Shown: positions 50,131 to 63,870 of the stretch, piece by piece
Layout of the letters: the number at the start of each line of letters is the position of its first letter
How positions within the stretch are numbered: the first letter of the stretch is position 1
Source: Gracilinanus agilis
Taxonomy: Eukaryota
Direction of reading: 5' to 3'
DNA: 64,000 nt
Assembly: GCF_016433145.1 (NCBI RefSeq)
Contig: NC_058130.1
Location: 47,187,530 to 47,251,529, forward strand
Program-made: the position numbers and the translations under genes
Notes under the pieces: generated by a model
What the model saw: only the letters and a program-made list of their open reading frames with translations
What the model was told of the DNA's origin: nothing
The model's database searches: none

Positions 50131-51774
50131 TAGACCTTTAAGGGGATGATATTATGGGGTTTGTGGAGAAAATAGGATTAGGGGTATAGCACTAAAAACC
50201 TTTATCAGTAACAAAAAGAAAAGAAAGGAACCTAATAGAAATGGTAGCATAGCTTTATAGTTGTTAAATGGTGAAGTAATATATAACTATTACAATAAAT
50301 AGAGGCAGCTTCTTGACCTTGGACTGCAAATTGGACAGTATGCCGGTTCCCATGACTGAAGAAGATGAGGTAGGGTAGAGTGTGTGGGTATGGACCAGCC
50401 CTCCTCTGCCTCCAGCTCCTCCTGCACCAGATGATATAAAATAAATATGGACCTTTAGCTTGATTGAAACTTGAAGTTAACAATGGGTTTCTGAACTCAG
50501 TTCCATAGAACTACCACAGTGACAGGAGGAATCAACACTGTGAGGTCAGCATCACCAATAGCACTACTCATTTACACCAAGGTGGTGCCCCACATCCCTG
50601 TTCTTTTACCTGGGAAGGTGTCTCAAGGATGGCAGGAACATGAGGGTAAAGGGACTGGACCATCATGGTGCTAGTTCTAGATCAGTGGGTGAAAGAGGTT
50701 GGGGGAATGATGCAAAGGGAGTCTTCCTGTCTTCTCTTACCTTCCATATCCTGCTCTCCAGGAACTACTTCTCAGACAACCCCCAAATTAAGCCCTTTCC
50801 TCATCCCAGTAGTTTTATCTACATCCACAGGCTCCATTGCATGCCATACTCCAACCCCCATCCCACCCTCCTACCCCAAACTTTAGGATCATGCATAAAA
50901 CAAATGCAAATTTTGCATTATGTTCAAAATGTTCCCCAATACATCAGTCATGTCAGAACAAATTCATGTTTTCCAAACAAGTATTATAGCAGAACTGACT
51001 GCGCATAAATCAGTCTGAGAGGAGGTATGGCAACATGGATAGAAAGTCTGGAAGACCTCAGTTTAAGTCCCACCTCCAACACATGCTAGCTGTATATCCC
51101 TGGGAAAATCACTTAAACTTGGTTCTCTAGACAACTCTCTGAGGCTAGGAGACCTTGACAGGCATTAGTAGAAAGAATGCTTCACCAAGAGTCCCCTAAC
51201 ACGAACCAAATCACGAGTGTATTCAAGAAATATAAATAAATCCACCCATGCGTGATAATGTATGCAATACATTTTGTAAATCTCAAAATGTGATAGAGTC
51301 ACAGCTGGTATTATTAATCTATTACTGTTAGCATCATAATTCTCCACATCCTATACCAAAAAAAAAATATTGTCATGAGGTTAATCCTGGATATGGTCCT
51401 GAGTTCTTAAAGACTATGGCAATGGATTTCAGGCTTTGACAGATTCTTCCCACCTAGGAAGACTTCAAGTACAGTCAAAGCAAAAAATTGTAAGAAGACA
51501 AACATAGATAAATATCAAGAGATTCTTTGTCAGCAGGCTGGCTACCAGGTGATGAATTTTTGGCCATGACAACCTATGAAGCAGAAACAAGGATAAAAGG
51601 GCTCTCAGATTGGCGTAACATCCTTCTACTTCTGCAGTGATGGCAAAAGCAGGAGAGATCACCAAAGATCACATAGGAGGGGAAGTTGCACTTTTTGGTT
51701 TTTGAGATGATAAAGGCCTTATTAGTCTTGTTTTGTTGGAGGGGTTGAATCCTTCATTTTTAATTTTTTTGTTA

Positions 51775-52140
51775 TTATTGAATGTTTTTTCTTTTTAAAT
51801 ATTTTCTTTTTCCCAATTGCATGTAAAAACTTTTTAAATACTTTTTTTAAAAGTTTTGAGTTCTAAACTCTGTCCCTCCCTTTCCTGAAACAGTAAGCAA
51901 TTTAATATAGATTTTACATGTGATATCATACAAATTATATTTCCACATTGGTCATGTTATGGAAGAAGACATGTAAACAAAATAAAGAAAATTAAATGAA
52001 AAATAGTATGCTTCAATCAGATTCCATAAGTTCTTTCTCTGAAAACAGATAGCATTTTTCAACTTAAGTCTTTCAGAATTGTACTGCTGAGAATAGCTAT
52101 CATTCACAGCTGATCATCATACAATATTCCTGTTACTGGA
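51775..52140 (-). mobile_element. L1 3' UTR fragment
   Basis: ttttcccaattgcatgtaaaaac...gagttctaaactc...gctgagaatagct, homologous to 63.4-63.8 kb. Confidence 0.75.
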
Positions 52141-54499
52141 TCAGATGATTTTTTAAAAGACCATCTATATACATGAATTTAATTTTTGGTATCCTAACTG
52201 TAAGTTTTTGTCCAAAGGACAAGAGAAGTTTTTACATTATTGGAAAGAGAAACTAGAAAGCATATCAAAAAATGACAAGGAGAAAAGCAAGCTTTTCCAG
52301 ATTTTTTCTATACTTGACCACATCTTCAGTCAGTCAATAAGCATTTATTAAGCACCTACTACTTACCAGGTACTGTGCTAAGTGCTATGGATACCAAAAA
52401 TAGGCAAAAAGACAAATCCTGCCTTGGAAGTACTCAAAATCTGATAAAATTGACTAAATGGTGGAGAATACAAAGTTCCACTGAATTTCCATTTGTTGAT
52501 TATCAACACATATTTTTACTAGATTTAGCAGACTGAAGTACAGCCTTAAAAGATCTCCACCAACAAAGACTTTCTTATGACTGTGTTAATATCCTATACA
52601 AAGCCCAAATGGAAGAGAGAAGCCCTATAATTAGTAATATTCTCCATATAATTCTGTTTACAAATTATATTATTCTGATTGTATCTAGGCTCAGAATTTC
52701 ACAAGATCTCTTCATTGAGATCCACAATGAGTCCAAAGACATCACACTAATTACTTATACAGAAAGAAATGCCTTTCATAAAGATTATGACATGAAATTT
52801 GATAGGTATTCTACTGGGTTATTCTACCTGGCACTGTAGGTAGACAGCAAGTTGGTTTCAGCATTGAATAAGAGGAAGGTCCTGAGCTAGTCAGCACTTG
52901 CAAAATTGTCCGTAGACTCATAGATTTAGAATTGTAAGACATCTTAGAGATCATGTAAGTCCAATCCTCTCATTTTGCAAATGAGGAAAAAGTCCCAGAG
53001 AGGCTAAGCAAAATGCCAGATCATTGGGGTACAGTGGCAAAGCTGGGAAATGAATTCAAACCCTCTGAGTCCAAATTCAGCAAGTTTTCCACTGTACAAG
53101 TACAGAGATCTGATGATTCCACGCTGTTCACTGACACAAAAACCGATCTTATTAAAAGGAGTATTTTCCCAATGGTGCTGTGTATTGCAAATCATGTTGT
53201 ATGGCACCACAGTCTCTAAGAAATTTGAACTGGTGATGATTCAAAGAGTAATGGAGAGATTCATGAAGTAAGCAGGCTGAAGCATATTTAGCATAAATGA
53301 CACAATCCAGGAAATATAATATTCAATATGTGGGCTAAGAGGGAGGAATAACAAACAGTGCAGTGGTGATAGCCAGAAAATGCCAAACCCAAACAAAACA
53401 AAGAGAAAAGTCTCTACTATTTGGAGAAAATTCTTGCAAGGACTTTACAGGAGTACATGGTCATGAGCTTCATAGGCTAAAAAAAACACTGCTAGATCTG
53501 TACTGTAGAAGGAAATATTCATCTTGATGAACTGACATGTCTTTGGATAGAATATGTCCAGAGCAGTTTTCCTTCCCCCTCCACAGGTTCTTATATTCAT
53601 TATTATCTTTATTTATTTATTCATTTATTTACTTATTTATTTGTTTGTTTGTTTATTATTTATCATCATTAACTTTATTTTATCTGGACAATAATGTTGA
53701 GGATGAGAAGGAAGTCGCGCAGGGAGGTCCGTCCAGGCTGGCACTTCCCTGTCAATAGATCTGGGCCTGGATTAGCTTCTTCTTCCAAGGGGCAATAGAA
53801 TGGACTTTTTGGAGCAATTACCATTTATTGCATTCCATAAATCTGGGACCATAAATTGGAGAATTTTGTGGTTTCACAGGTTGGCATAAAGGTATAAATG
53901 GAGTCAAAATGTATTATATGACAAACAATAAGAGCCTCATGGAACAGATTGTCCTAAATTGAGAGCTAGATGTGGGGAAAAGAAATGTATCTCTATGCCA
54001 CCTATATTGAGAATGGGGGGAAACTGGCTGTCAATAAGAAAAATCAACCTGATTTTATCCCTAAACTTTCTTTTAAAAGTATTCTCACCTACTCTCTAGT
54101 AAATAAAGGAAGAGACAGTGGGTGGTAGTTCATAGAGTACTGGGCTTGGAATTAAAAAGAGATTCAAATGCCACTTCTGACATTTCCTTGCTCTGTGATT
54201 ACAAGCAAGTTAGTTAACCACTCAGAGTCTCAAGAGCTTCAATTCAACTCAAAAACATTTATTAAGCACCTAATATGTTGTGCAGTCACTGTGCTAAATG
54301 TTGGATTTACCTACTAAGCCATAGAGTGGTTATGATCTGTACTATAATTCCCACACTGTGAAGAAATCACAGATCCTTCATTACTATGACTAGATGGGCA
54401 GGCATTGTTGTGAGGTGCAATGGGAGGAACTGTGCTGAATTTGGAGTCAGGGGAGCTGGGTTCTGCCATTTACTAGTTGTGAAACTTGGACGGTTTGGG

Positions 54500-54800
54500 T
54501 CTCCTTGGTTGGCTTTTCATGTCTCTGGCCTCTCTTTCTCCTGGATTTCCAGGTTTCCTTCAAGACACAGCTCAAATCCCATCTTCTATAGGAGCCTTCT
54601 TCTATACTCTGCCCCCTGTACCAGTGTCTTCCCTCTGTCATTACCTCCAATTTATTCTGCCTATATCTTGTATGTATAAAGATGTTTACTTGTCTTCTAC
54701 CAGAATGTAAGTTCCTTAAGAGCAAAGACTATCCTTTTACTTTTCTTTATATCCCCAGACAGTGCCTGGTAGATAGTAAGCCCTTAATAAATTGATTGCC
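54500..54800 (+). mobile_element. L2 3' end
   Basis: cagaatgtaagttccttaagagcaaagact...cagtgcctgg...cttaataaa L2 terminus. Confidence 0.75.
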
Positions 54801-55876
54801 TGCCTCAATGACCTGTCTGTAAAATAAGGAGGTAAAACTATATGATCTCAAAGGTTCCTTTTGATTCTAGATCTCTGATCCTATGAATCATGGATTGGAC
54901 TTTTTATTAGAATTAGCCATACTACTCCATGTCATAAATATGGTTGAAGCCCAGAAAATAATCCAATGTTCCCTTTCTCTGATTTCTTCCCCTAATCTTC
55001 CAAATCTGGCTTTATCCAAGACAATTCTCTAGTGAGTGTCTTTCATTAGGGATTTTATGACTTGTAGTTTTATTTCTTCTCATATTGACTGCTACAATGT
55101 GCATTTTATTATTAGTCATTGAGCTAAATTGTATCACTTTATGAAGCACAATAACATTTATGAACCTTAGCAAAATAATTGTATAAAATTGGATACAGCA
55201 ATAATCTTCCACCCCTTTAACTAAGGTCATATTTCCTACTTCTTGTCAGAGGAAAGAGAAAAAGAAGACCTAAGACAAGAAATGAGGATGCGATCCTGAG
55301 GAAGTTGCATTATCTCTCTGATCTCTGAACATCAAGATCCTCTTTTATCAAAGGGGCAAGATGAGGTTACCTTTCTCACAGGATTGCTGTAAGAAAAATA
55401 CTTCTTAACCTTAATTTGTAACCTGAAAGAGAATCCCAGTGATGAATATGAAGATAAGATAAAAATAGCATTCATCTCTTTCAATTTGTTTAAAAGTTTA
55501 AAAGTTTGTTTAAAAGTGTGAAATTGTGAAAGTGTGAAAATACAATTTCATTTCAGTATAAATGAAACAACAACAAAAATTATTCAACATATACTAGCCA
55601 AGTTTGTCCCCAAAGAAGAGATGATAAAATCCACATCCCTTCTTTCTTCCCAGAGATGGGAGGGACTAAGGGTACAGGAAATCACATGTGCTCTCAGACT
55701 CAGTTGATTTATGAATTTGAATGCTAACCTGCTTTTTTCTCTCCTCTTGAATTTTTATTCTTTGTTATAAATGTGTGATGAATAAAATTCTGAGAAACTG
55801 GGTTCTGAGTAAGAAAAATCAGCTTATTGATTAAACTAACAATAACTAATAAATTAATTGGCCCATAATCTCTCAG

Positions 55877-56155
55877 TTCATCACAAAGGGATGGTTTTCT
55901 GGGTTGGAAAAAAAAGAGGAATATATTCCAAAATAAAGGTGAGCTACAAACAAAGGATAGGGATTGTGGCTACGATTTTAACTCCCAGAAAGAGAAACTT
56001 CCTTTACCAATGCTGGTATCTATCTCATCACCACTCAAAGAAAGTAGTAGTAGGTTGCTTGTAGGCAATGACAACCCTGATGATTTACTTTACTACAATC
56101 TTCTACCAGTACCAAGAGACAAAGGATTTGCAGAAGGTTTTCTACAGACAGACAG
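55877..56155 (+). other. Candidate 279-bp phase 2/2 coding exon (unverified)
   Basis: ctctcAG| ... AG|gtaaga, with a stop-free frame of 92 codons; no homology recognised; strong internal donor at about 55939. Confidence 0.2.
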
Positions 56156-56744
56156 GTAAGACAGTCTCTCCCTTGGTTCCAACTATCATAGTAACTACTT
56201 TCTGAATTTGGCCAGCAGAATCTGGTCTTAGAGAATTCCCTAAACCTCTGAGAGGTTAAATAGGTTAGCTGGAATCCAAAAGCCAGCATGTGTCAGAAGT
56301 GGAATCGGGGTGAAGTCTCAAGGTCAGCTCTCTAGCCACTAAATTATGTTGTCTCTTGGCAAGAAGATCAATAAAAATTAATTTTTTAAAAAAGAAAATA
56401 TAATGTGACCCAGAAACTCTACTACTGGGCCTCAACGAGGCAAATAACAGAAACAAAAATCCCATGTATGCCAAAGTATTCATTTTTTCTAATGACACTT
56501 TAAAACTGGTCATGCATTTAATCTGTGTTCTGATGCCTTTTGGAGCTAATTTCTTTTATGTCACCATGACTATTATGCATATTGTTCTCCTTTATTTCCT
56601 TTTCATCAGTGCATGCAAGTCATCCTGTATTTCTCTGAATTATTCATAGTCATCATTTCTTATTATATTTCACATATAAGGAACACTAAGAGTGCATTAC
56701 TTCATATATCAAAATTATTTGACTATTTGCTGATAAACTCTTTT

Positions 56745-56939
56745 TTTTAAACCCTTTCCTTCTTGTCTTAGAATCAGCACTAAATATTAGTTTCAAGGCA
56801 AAAAAGTGGTAAAGGCTAGGCAATTGGGATTAAGTGACTTGCCCAGGGTCACAGAATTAGGAAATGTCTGAGGCCACATTTAACCCAAGACCCCCGTCTC
56901 CAAGCTTGGTTCTCTATTCACCAAACCACCTAGCTGCTC
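56745..56939 (-). mobile_element. Full-length SINE1 (long-tail)
   Basis: Antisense T-tail, aagtgacttgcccagggtcaca core, ctagctgc head. Confidence 0.88.
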
Positions 56940-56987
56940 TGCCAATATAACTTTGAAAGGACAAATTACAGCACACTCTTCAGCAGA

Positions 56988-57229
56988 GAGGAAACAAAGT
57001 GGTACAGTGGACTAAGTGCTGGACCTAAAGTCAAGAAGGCAAGTTCAAATCCAGCCTCAGATGCTTAACTATATAATTCTGGGCAAGTCACTTCACTTGT
57101 GTTTGCCTGTTTCCTCAATTGTAAAATGACAATAATAATAGCACCTACTTTTCAAGGGGGTTGTGAGGCTTAAATAAGATAATATTTGTAAAATGCTTGG
57201 CCCATAGTAAATGCTATATAAATGCTAAT
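56988..57229 (+). mobile_element. Near full-length MIR
   Basis: Head, core ctgggcaagtcacttc...tttcctcaattgtaaaatg, tail gttgtgagg...aaatgct. Confidence 0.85.
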
Positions 57230-57489
57230 CCCCTTCCTTCCCCACCCTAATCTTGTTCTTGCCTGTAGAGGTGGTGGACTCCAGGGGCAGAATATTGTCC
57301 ATGTTACTTGAAGTGGTGGCTGGTTGTGCCAGTTGGTTTTGCTTATCTGCTTCACTGTTTTTCTTTTCTGTATGGAAAGGGAAGTATATTGGAAATTGAT
57401 TATGAAGGAGTTTTTTTTAGTTATAATAAATATCAATAAGCTTAATTAGAGGAAGTCATATAACAGTGCTCACTGGGTACTGTATACAT

Positions 57490-58310
57490 CCACGTTATTC
57501 AATTTCAGCTGGGTCTTCATAGTAACAGGATTGTCCTTTAATGCTTTCCTGATTAGTACCAAACCTTCATCCAAACCTTCTCTTCTCTCCTCAAGCTTGA
57601 TACAATTCTCCCTTGCCTCATGGTCTCAATTGAAGACCTTGCCTTTTTACTTTACTGTTAAGACTATTCACTGGGAGCAACCTCTTCTCTTCTCTCTGCA
57701 TCTTAAAATCTTTTATATCATTCCCCATCTCCTCCTTTCTCCAAGTCTCTGATAACAAAATGGCCTTTTTCCTTCCCAAAACCAACTCCTACCACCATCA
57801 TTTTAAAAAACCTTCATAAGACTCTTCCATTTTCTTATAGCTCTCTTCACTTTTTCAGCCAAACTCCTAGAATAACTATCTACACTAACTGCCTCTACTT
57901 CCACTACTCTAATTCACACTTTTGACCATTTTGCCATCTGGCTTTTCATTTATCACTAAGCTGAAAGTGCTCTCTCCAAAGTTACCAATGACACCTCAGT
58001 TGCCTAATCTGATGATCATTGCCCAATCTTTATTCTTCTTGACCTGTCTCCTGCGTTGCTCACTGTTGACCACCTTCTCCTCCTAAATGCTCTCTTTCCT
58101 CTGGGTTTCCAATGACACTAGTTCTTCCTGATTTCCCTCCTATATATCAAATCAGTCACTCTTTCTCTGTCTGCATTGCTGGCTCATCATCCATGCCATC
58201 TTTCTATGGCTTGTTCTCTCCAAAGTTCTTCCCTAAATCTTCTTCATTTATGCCTCTACTCTTTTTCTCTCTGTAAAACCATCATCCCATGGGTTTAATA
58301 ATCATCTAAG
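57490..58310 (+). mobile_element. L2 ORF2 reverse-transcriptase fragment
   Basis: About 58034-58082 translates LLDLSPALLTVDHLLL (L2 LDLSAAFDTVDH motif); pyrimidine-rich; continues after the L1 at about 58940. Confidence 0.85.
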
Positions 58311-58369
58311 TTCAGTATGACATATATGTGTATATAAGTAAACATATACACATATTGGAAAATGGGGGG

Positions 58370-58935
58370 GGGAGATGCCCTTCAATTAGGGAATGGCTGA
58401 ACAAATTGTGGTATCTGTTGGTGATGAAATACTATTGAAATACTATTGCACTAAAAAAGAATAATGAACTGGAGGAATTCCATGTGAACTGGAAAGACCT
58501 CCAGGAATTGATGCAGAGTGAAAGGAGCAGAACCAGGAGAACCTTATACACAGAGACTGATATACACTGTGGCACAATTGAATGTAATGGACTTCTCTAT
58601 TAGCAACAATGCAATGATCCAGGACAATTCTGAGGGACTTATGAGAAAGACCACTATTCACATCCAAAGGAAGAACTATGGGAGTAGAAACACAGAAGAA
58701 AAACATATGATTGATCACATGGTCCAATGGTTATATGATTGGGGATTTTGACTTTAAATGATCACTCTATTGCAAATATTAATAATATGGAAATGGGTTT
58801 TGAACGATGATACATGTATAACCCAGTGGAATTGCTCATCAGCTCAGGGAGTGAGGAAGGAAGAGTGGAGGGAAAGAATATGAATCATATAACCTTGGAA
58901 AAATAGATTTAATTAATTAATTAATTGCATTAAAA
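58370..58935 (+). mobile_element. L1 ORF2 end and 3' UTR, nested in the L2
   Basis: gaatggctgaacaaattgtggtat...gcagagtgaaaggagcagaaccaggagaacc...ggacaattctgagggac; (AATT)n/A tail. Confidence 0.9.
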
Positions 58936-59426
58936 AACAAAGCTCACTTTCTGTCTTCAAGTAGAAGCCTTTCTGATCCCTCCAGTTCTTAATGACTTCC
59001 CTCCCCATCCTGTATTTAACTACCCTGTTTTTATTTATATCTATTCTCTTTTTATTTACATCATAAATACTTATTGTTCTTAAGCAAAGAACAATAATTT
59101 TTAAATTTTTAAAACTTTTAAATTTTACTCCAAATATCATCAAAATGAGGTAGTGTATTACAGTTAAATAAGGCACTGGGCTTAGAGACAAGAAGACCTT
59201 GGTTCAAATCTTATCTCTGACACTTACTAAGTATATGAGCTTGAACAAATATTCAAGCAGATCCCTAGGACTTTTCTTCTCAGTCGTAGATGGGTTGGTT
59301 GCCTTTTGCCTCCATGGAGAGATTTCTGATGAAGGAATTTCCTTAAACTGACAAAACTAAAGATTTTTCATGTATGTGTGGGTGTGTGTATGGTGTATAT
59401 AAGCAAGAAAGAGAAGAAAACCTTTT

Positions 59427-59620
59427 TTTTTAAAAAAAAAAAAACCCTTACCTTCCATCTTGGATTGGCTCCAAGGCAGAAGAGTGGTAACGATAGGCAA
59501 TGGGTGTCAAGTGACTTGCCCAGGGTCACACAGCTGGGAAGTGTCTGAGGTCAGATTTGAACCTAGGACCTCCCATCTCTAGGCCTGGCTCTCAATCCAC
59601 TGAGCTACCCAGCTGCCCCC
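59427..59620 (-). mobile_element. Full-length SINE1 (long-tail)
   Basis: 13-bp TSD AAGAAAACCTTTT at 59414-59426 and 59622-59634. Confidence 0.93.
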
Positions 59621-59649
59621 AAAGAAAACCTTTTAAAAATAAGAGGAAA

Positions 59650-59815
59650 GGGCACCTAGCAGGAGGCCTTGGGTTCAAATTTGGCCTCAAACATTTCCTA
59701 GCTTTGTGACCTGAGCAAGTTACTTTAACTCCCATTGCCTAGCCCTAGCCCATACTCCTACTCTTCTGCCTTGGAACAAATATACAATATTGATTCCAAG
59801 ATAGAAAGTGAGGGC
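59650..59815 (+). mobile_element. SINE1 (long-tail), 5'-decayed
   Basis: gggttcaaatttggcctc...cttctgccttggaac...gattccaagatagaaag. Confidence 0.8.
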
Positions 59816-60524
59816 TGTTGGTGGGGTTTTAATAAGATGATTGGATTTACAATTTATTTCCAGGCAAAACTGATACTAAGGGAACATAAGCAGATATATT
59901 TTCTTTAATGATTACTAAGGTCTCTTCCATCTCTAAATCTCATCATCCAACAATATATTTCTCATCAATATACAAGTAATAGTTGACAAAGCTACTTTGA
60001 CAATCTCGGTGCTTTGGGTACCCTGGATTTGGGAGCCAACCAGACAAAAGCATATTTAAGAGGAACCTAGCAAGCAAGAGTTAACTTGGAAAGAAGTGTT
60101 TTGGAAAACAAGTGCAGGAAGTGAATGAGCACACATAAAGAGACCAGGGGACCTAATAAAAGGGAACACCAGGAGGGAAAGAAGCAGGAGGAAGGAGAGG
60201 CAGAGATGCTATCCAAGCTGATTAGGGAGAGCAAACCAGACACAAAATGGCCTTGAATTTAACAGGGAAAGGAAAAAGACTCAAAGGAATTTTAGTCACT
60301 AAATAAGTGAGAAGTATTTCACCTATCATTGGCATACACCCACCTCATCCAAGGACCATTTTCTGTTTCATAATGAAATATTATGAAAACAAAAAGATTA
60401 GTTTAGCTCATAAGTCTAAAAGCAAAGCAAGACTACCACCATTAACACGCTGGGCAAATTCCTTGGATGATAAGCCTATAGAAAGAATATTTTCAAGAGT
60501 GGCAGACCACTGCAAAAAATAATA

Positions 60525-60730
60525 GGGGGCAGCTGGGTGGCTCAGTGGACTGAGAACCAGACCTAGATACAGGAGATCCTAGGTTCAAATCTGGCCTCAG
60601 ACACTTCCCAGCTGTGTGGCCCTGGGCAAGTCACTTGACCCCCATTGCCTAGCCCTTACCACTCTTCTGCCTTGGAGCCAATAAGCAGTATTGACTCAAG
60701 ACAGAAGGTAAGGGTTAAAAAAAATTATTT
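60525..60730 (+). mobile_element. Full-length SINE1 (long-tail)
   Basis: Complete head, core and tail; short TSD AAATAATA. Confidence 0.92.
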
Positions 60731-61428
60731 TAAATAATAAAAATGTAAGTTACTTATATACCCTTATATCCAAGCAGAACTTTACCTAACAACATTTTTT
60801 CCACTGGGTACAAGTAGTATGGAATGCATCAAGCAATATTGAAAAAGCCACCCACCATATAGAAGGGATAAAGAGTGGGAGTAACAGAACAGGAAGGAAT
60901 TCATTTCAAATGTATCTACTCAGGAAGAAATCTCTGGCAGCTTCCTATTTTCATTCTTTATTATTGCTAATTAGGTGCCAAGTGCAGCTGTTCCTGTGAT
61001 GCTAAGGCACTATAAATGCTATCATCACCCACAAAAATTTAGCACCCCAGGAAAAACCCCAGGTTGGCCCGTTCAAGTTATTGTTCTGCTTCCAAGATTA
61101 GAAAATATTTGTATAATGCACTCATCATCAAGTTTTTTTCTGATCATTCGCTTTTTATGTGCAAGGAACTGAGGATATTAGACATGATCCCATGATCTTT
61201 GATGGTGAAAGGGAGTCCTAGCACCATACATAAACTAAAAGAATTCATCAACAGATGGTTGTGGGGAAAAAAAGCCTGTTTAATTGTGTTTAACCATTTC
61301 AATTTAACAGGCATTTATTTAAAGAGCCTCGTCTGTTCCAGGTATTGGGTCATGTGTTGTGGATACAAAGACAAAAATAAAAAATTCCCTGCCTTCAAAG
61401 AGCTTATTTTCTAATGGGGAATCTAAAA

Positions 61429-61652
61429 GCCAGACCTGGAGTCTGGAAGACTCAACTTACTGAGTTCAAATTTGGATCCAGATACTTACTAACTGTGTGA
61501 CCCTGGGCAAGTCCCTTACCCGCATTTGCCTCATTTCTTCATCCATAAAGTGATCTGGAGAAGGAAATGGCAAAACCATTTTGGCATCTCTCCCAAGAAA
61601 ACCCCAGATGGGTCACAAAAAGTCAGACATGACTGAAAATGGCTGTCCAACA
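61429..61652 (+). mobile_element. MAR1-type SINE
   Basis: cctggagtctggaagactc...ggagaaggaaatggcaaa...gtcagacatgactg. Confidence 0.87.
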
Positions 61653-61674
61653 TCAAAATGTGTTGATGATAGAA

Positions 61675-61698
61675 TTATATATATATATATATATATAT
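61675..61698. repeat. (TA)n microsatellite
   Basis: About 12 TA units. Confidence 0.9.
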
Positions 61699-63369
61699 GT
61701 TCATACACATGAACATAAACTTATTACTATCAATTATGAAATAAGTCTAGCTAATTAGCAAGCAAGCACCACTGCTCTTCTGGTGACCGCTATCCTGAAA
61801 AACATAGACAATGCCTGGGGAACTTCCTAGCTATCGGCTCCAAGCTATGCTCTTTGTAGTCAGGAACCATTCTGGTCTCTGATAGAGGAGCTTTTCCCTT
61901 ATCAATCCTGGAACCAAGATTCTATCAAGCACCAAACTGTGGTGCAGGTCCCTCCAACCTTTCCAGCTTTGTTTTTGTTTGATTGTGGGATTTCTTCTTC
62001 CATTAAAATGTAAACTCCTGGGGGACAAATATTATCCAGCTTATTTTCATTTGTATCTCCAGTGCCTAGGAAAGAGCCTGGCTTACAGTAGGTGCATAAT
62101 AAAGGCTCTATCATCTATCCACAAAACTAGCCTTTCTTCTTGCTGATAGAAAAACCACAGGAAGATTTTTTTCTCTGATTTTACCCAAGTGTTTGTGCTT
62201 TTTCATCCCACTTTGTGTAACTTAGTTTTCCTAAAATCATATGAAGGGCATATATAAGGAAGGAAGGCGCAGAGCCATTTAATGGGCTCCTAACAGATCC
62301 ATTCCATTGGAGGCTACTAGCACTGTGATTCCTGCCATCTAGATTAATGTAGCAAATGCTATAGGAAACAGAAATCATGGAACTACTATTTCCTCACTTC
62401 TCCATGTAGGGGATATTTTGTTTCAAAAGACTTAAAGACTTAAAGGAGAATTTGAAGTAAGGAGAGGGCTCAGCTTTTTAGTATCCCCCAGGACAAGCAA
62501 ACCCAGCAATGTCCTGCTTCACTTGGGCTGCTATCTCTGCATTACTGAATTACTTTGGCATTAGTCTACAAAATCATGCTGGAGAAAGATTTCCCAAAAA
62601 AGTTGTAAATACAATTTCTCTGAGAAATGAAGCAAGTAAGCTTTCTCTGAACAAGAACAAATCCATACATGTAGAACAGAGAGAGATACAAAGCATTCAT
62701 TCATTTTTTTTCTTTTTTTAATTGAAGGGGTGCACCATTAGTGTATCTATAATATTATAGAAATATTATGACCTATTGCCTTCCCAATAAAACAAAGACT
62801 CCTTAAGGTCTAGAACTGATTCTAGAACTGATTCTTCTTTGTCTTGATAATGGCCATTGCCAACACAATAAATTCTTGTCAATTAATTGTTGATTCTCAT
62901 ATCTTGACGGTATGAAATAATCAAAGGCCAAGAACACTACCAACAGAGAAAAGAAGTGAGCCCTCAAACTGATGAGTTGTATATACCCTTTCATGGGACT
63001 AAATCTAAAGCCAGCTGTGCTTCACACACTGGGATCCCTACACTGCAATGTTATATATTAAACCTTTGTCACCTTTTCTGAGGAAAAAAAAAACAACCTT
63101 TTCAAAAGGAGGCTTAATTTTTTCTTTTCTTCAGACTCTTGAGTATCACTTATCTGACTTACTATGTCCACCTTCATCTAGGGACCCATTATCAATTAGA
63201 TTACCACAATAGCAACCCTCCTGGCATACATGATTCTGATCTTCCACCCTCTCCCCACTCAAAAAAAAAGCTTTTTAATAAAATTTATTGATGTCTTTTG
63301 TTTCATCACAATTTTCCTCAGTATCCCTCTCCCATACTTTCGTAAAGAGCTGTCTGATATAACAAAAAT

Positions 63370-63867
63370 CATTATTATTATTATAGTGATGTTTTATTTT
63401 CCCCATTTACATTTAAAGGCAATTTTTGATATTTGTTTTCTGGTATTTTTAGTTTCATATTCTCTCCTTCTCTGTCTCTCCTTTCTCCTCCCCTGAGATG
63501 GTAAGCAATTTTATATTGATTATATATGTGCTATCATCCAAAACATATTCATTATGTTGTGGAAGACATTTTTAAAAAAAACATAAAGAAAGTAAAGTGA
63601 AGAATGGGCCACTAAACTCTGCATTCATGCTCCATCAATTCTTTCTGTGGAGGTAGATAACATTTTTCATCATAAACCCTTTAGGATTGTCTAGGATCAC
63701 TGTGTTGCTGAGAATAGCTAAGCTGCTCGTAGTTATTCACTGTTTAATATTGCTGTTGCCGTGAATAATTTTCTCATGGTTCTACTCACTTTACTCTGCA
63801 TCAGTTCATGTTTCAGGTTTTTCTAAAAACATACTGCTTGTCATTTCCTATAGCACAATAGTATTCT
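63370..63867 (-). mobile_element. L1 3' UTR (antisense)
   Basis: Right end reverse-complements to gaatactattgtgctataggaaatga, the L1 ORF2-end/3' UTR-start motif also seen at 19858-19885 and about 58430. Confidence 0.82.
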
Positions 63868-63870
63868 TAT

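Noticed and set aside
50610-50676. 67-bp minus-strand exon-like segment (TSTMMVQSLYPHVPAILETPSQ) with plausible splice sites
   Set aside because: No homology or compatible neighbouring exons; such signals are frequent by chance.
62245-62280. TATATAAG followed by a purine-rich, CpG-containing stretch (promoter-like)
   Set aside because: A single TATA match with no CpG island or downstream exon support; not a true CArG box.
62809-62832. 12-bp tandem duplication TCTAGAACTGAT containing TCTAGA, considered as a hAT excision footprint
   Set aside because: The duplication is 12 bp rather than the 8 bp expected for hAT; simple slippage explains it.
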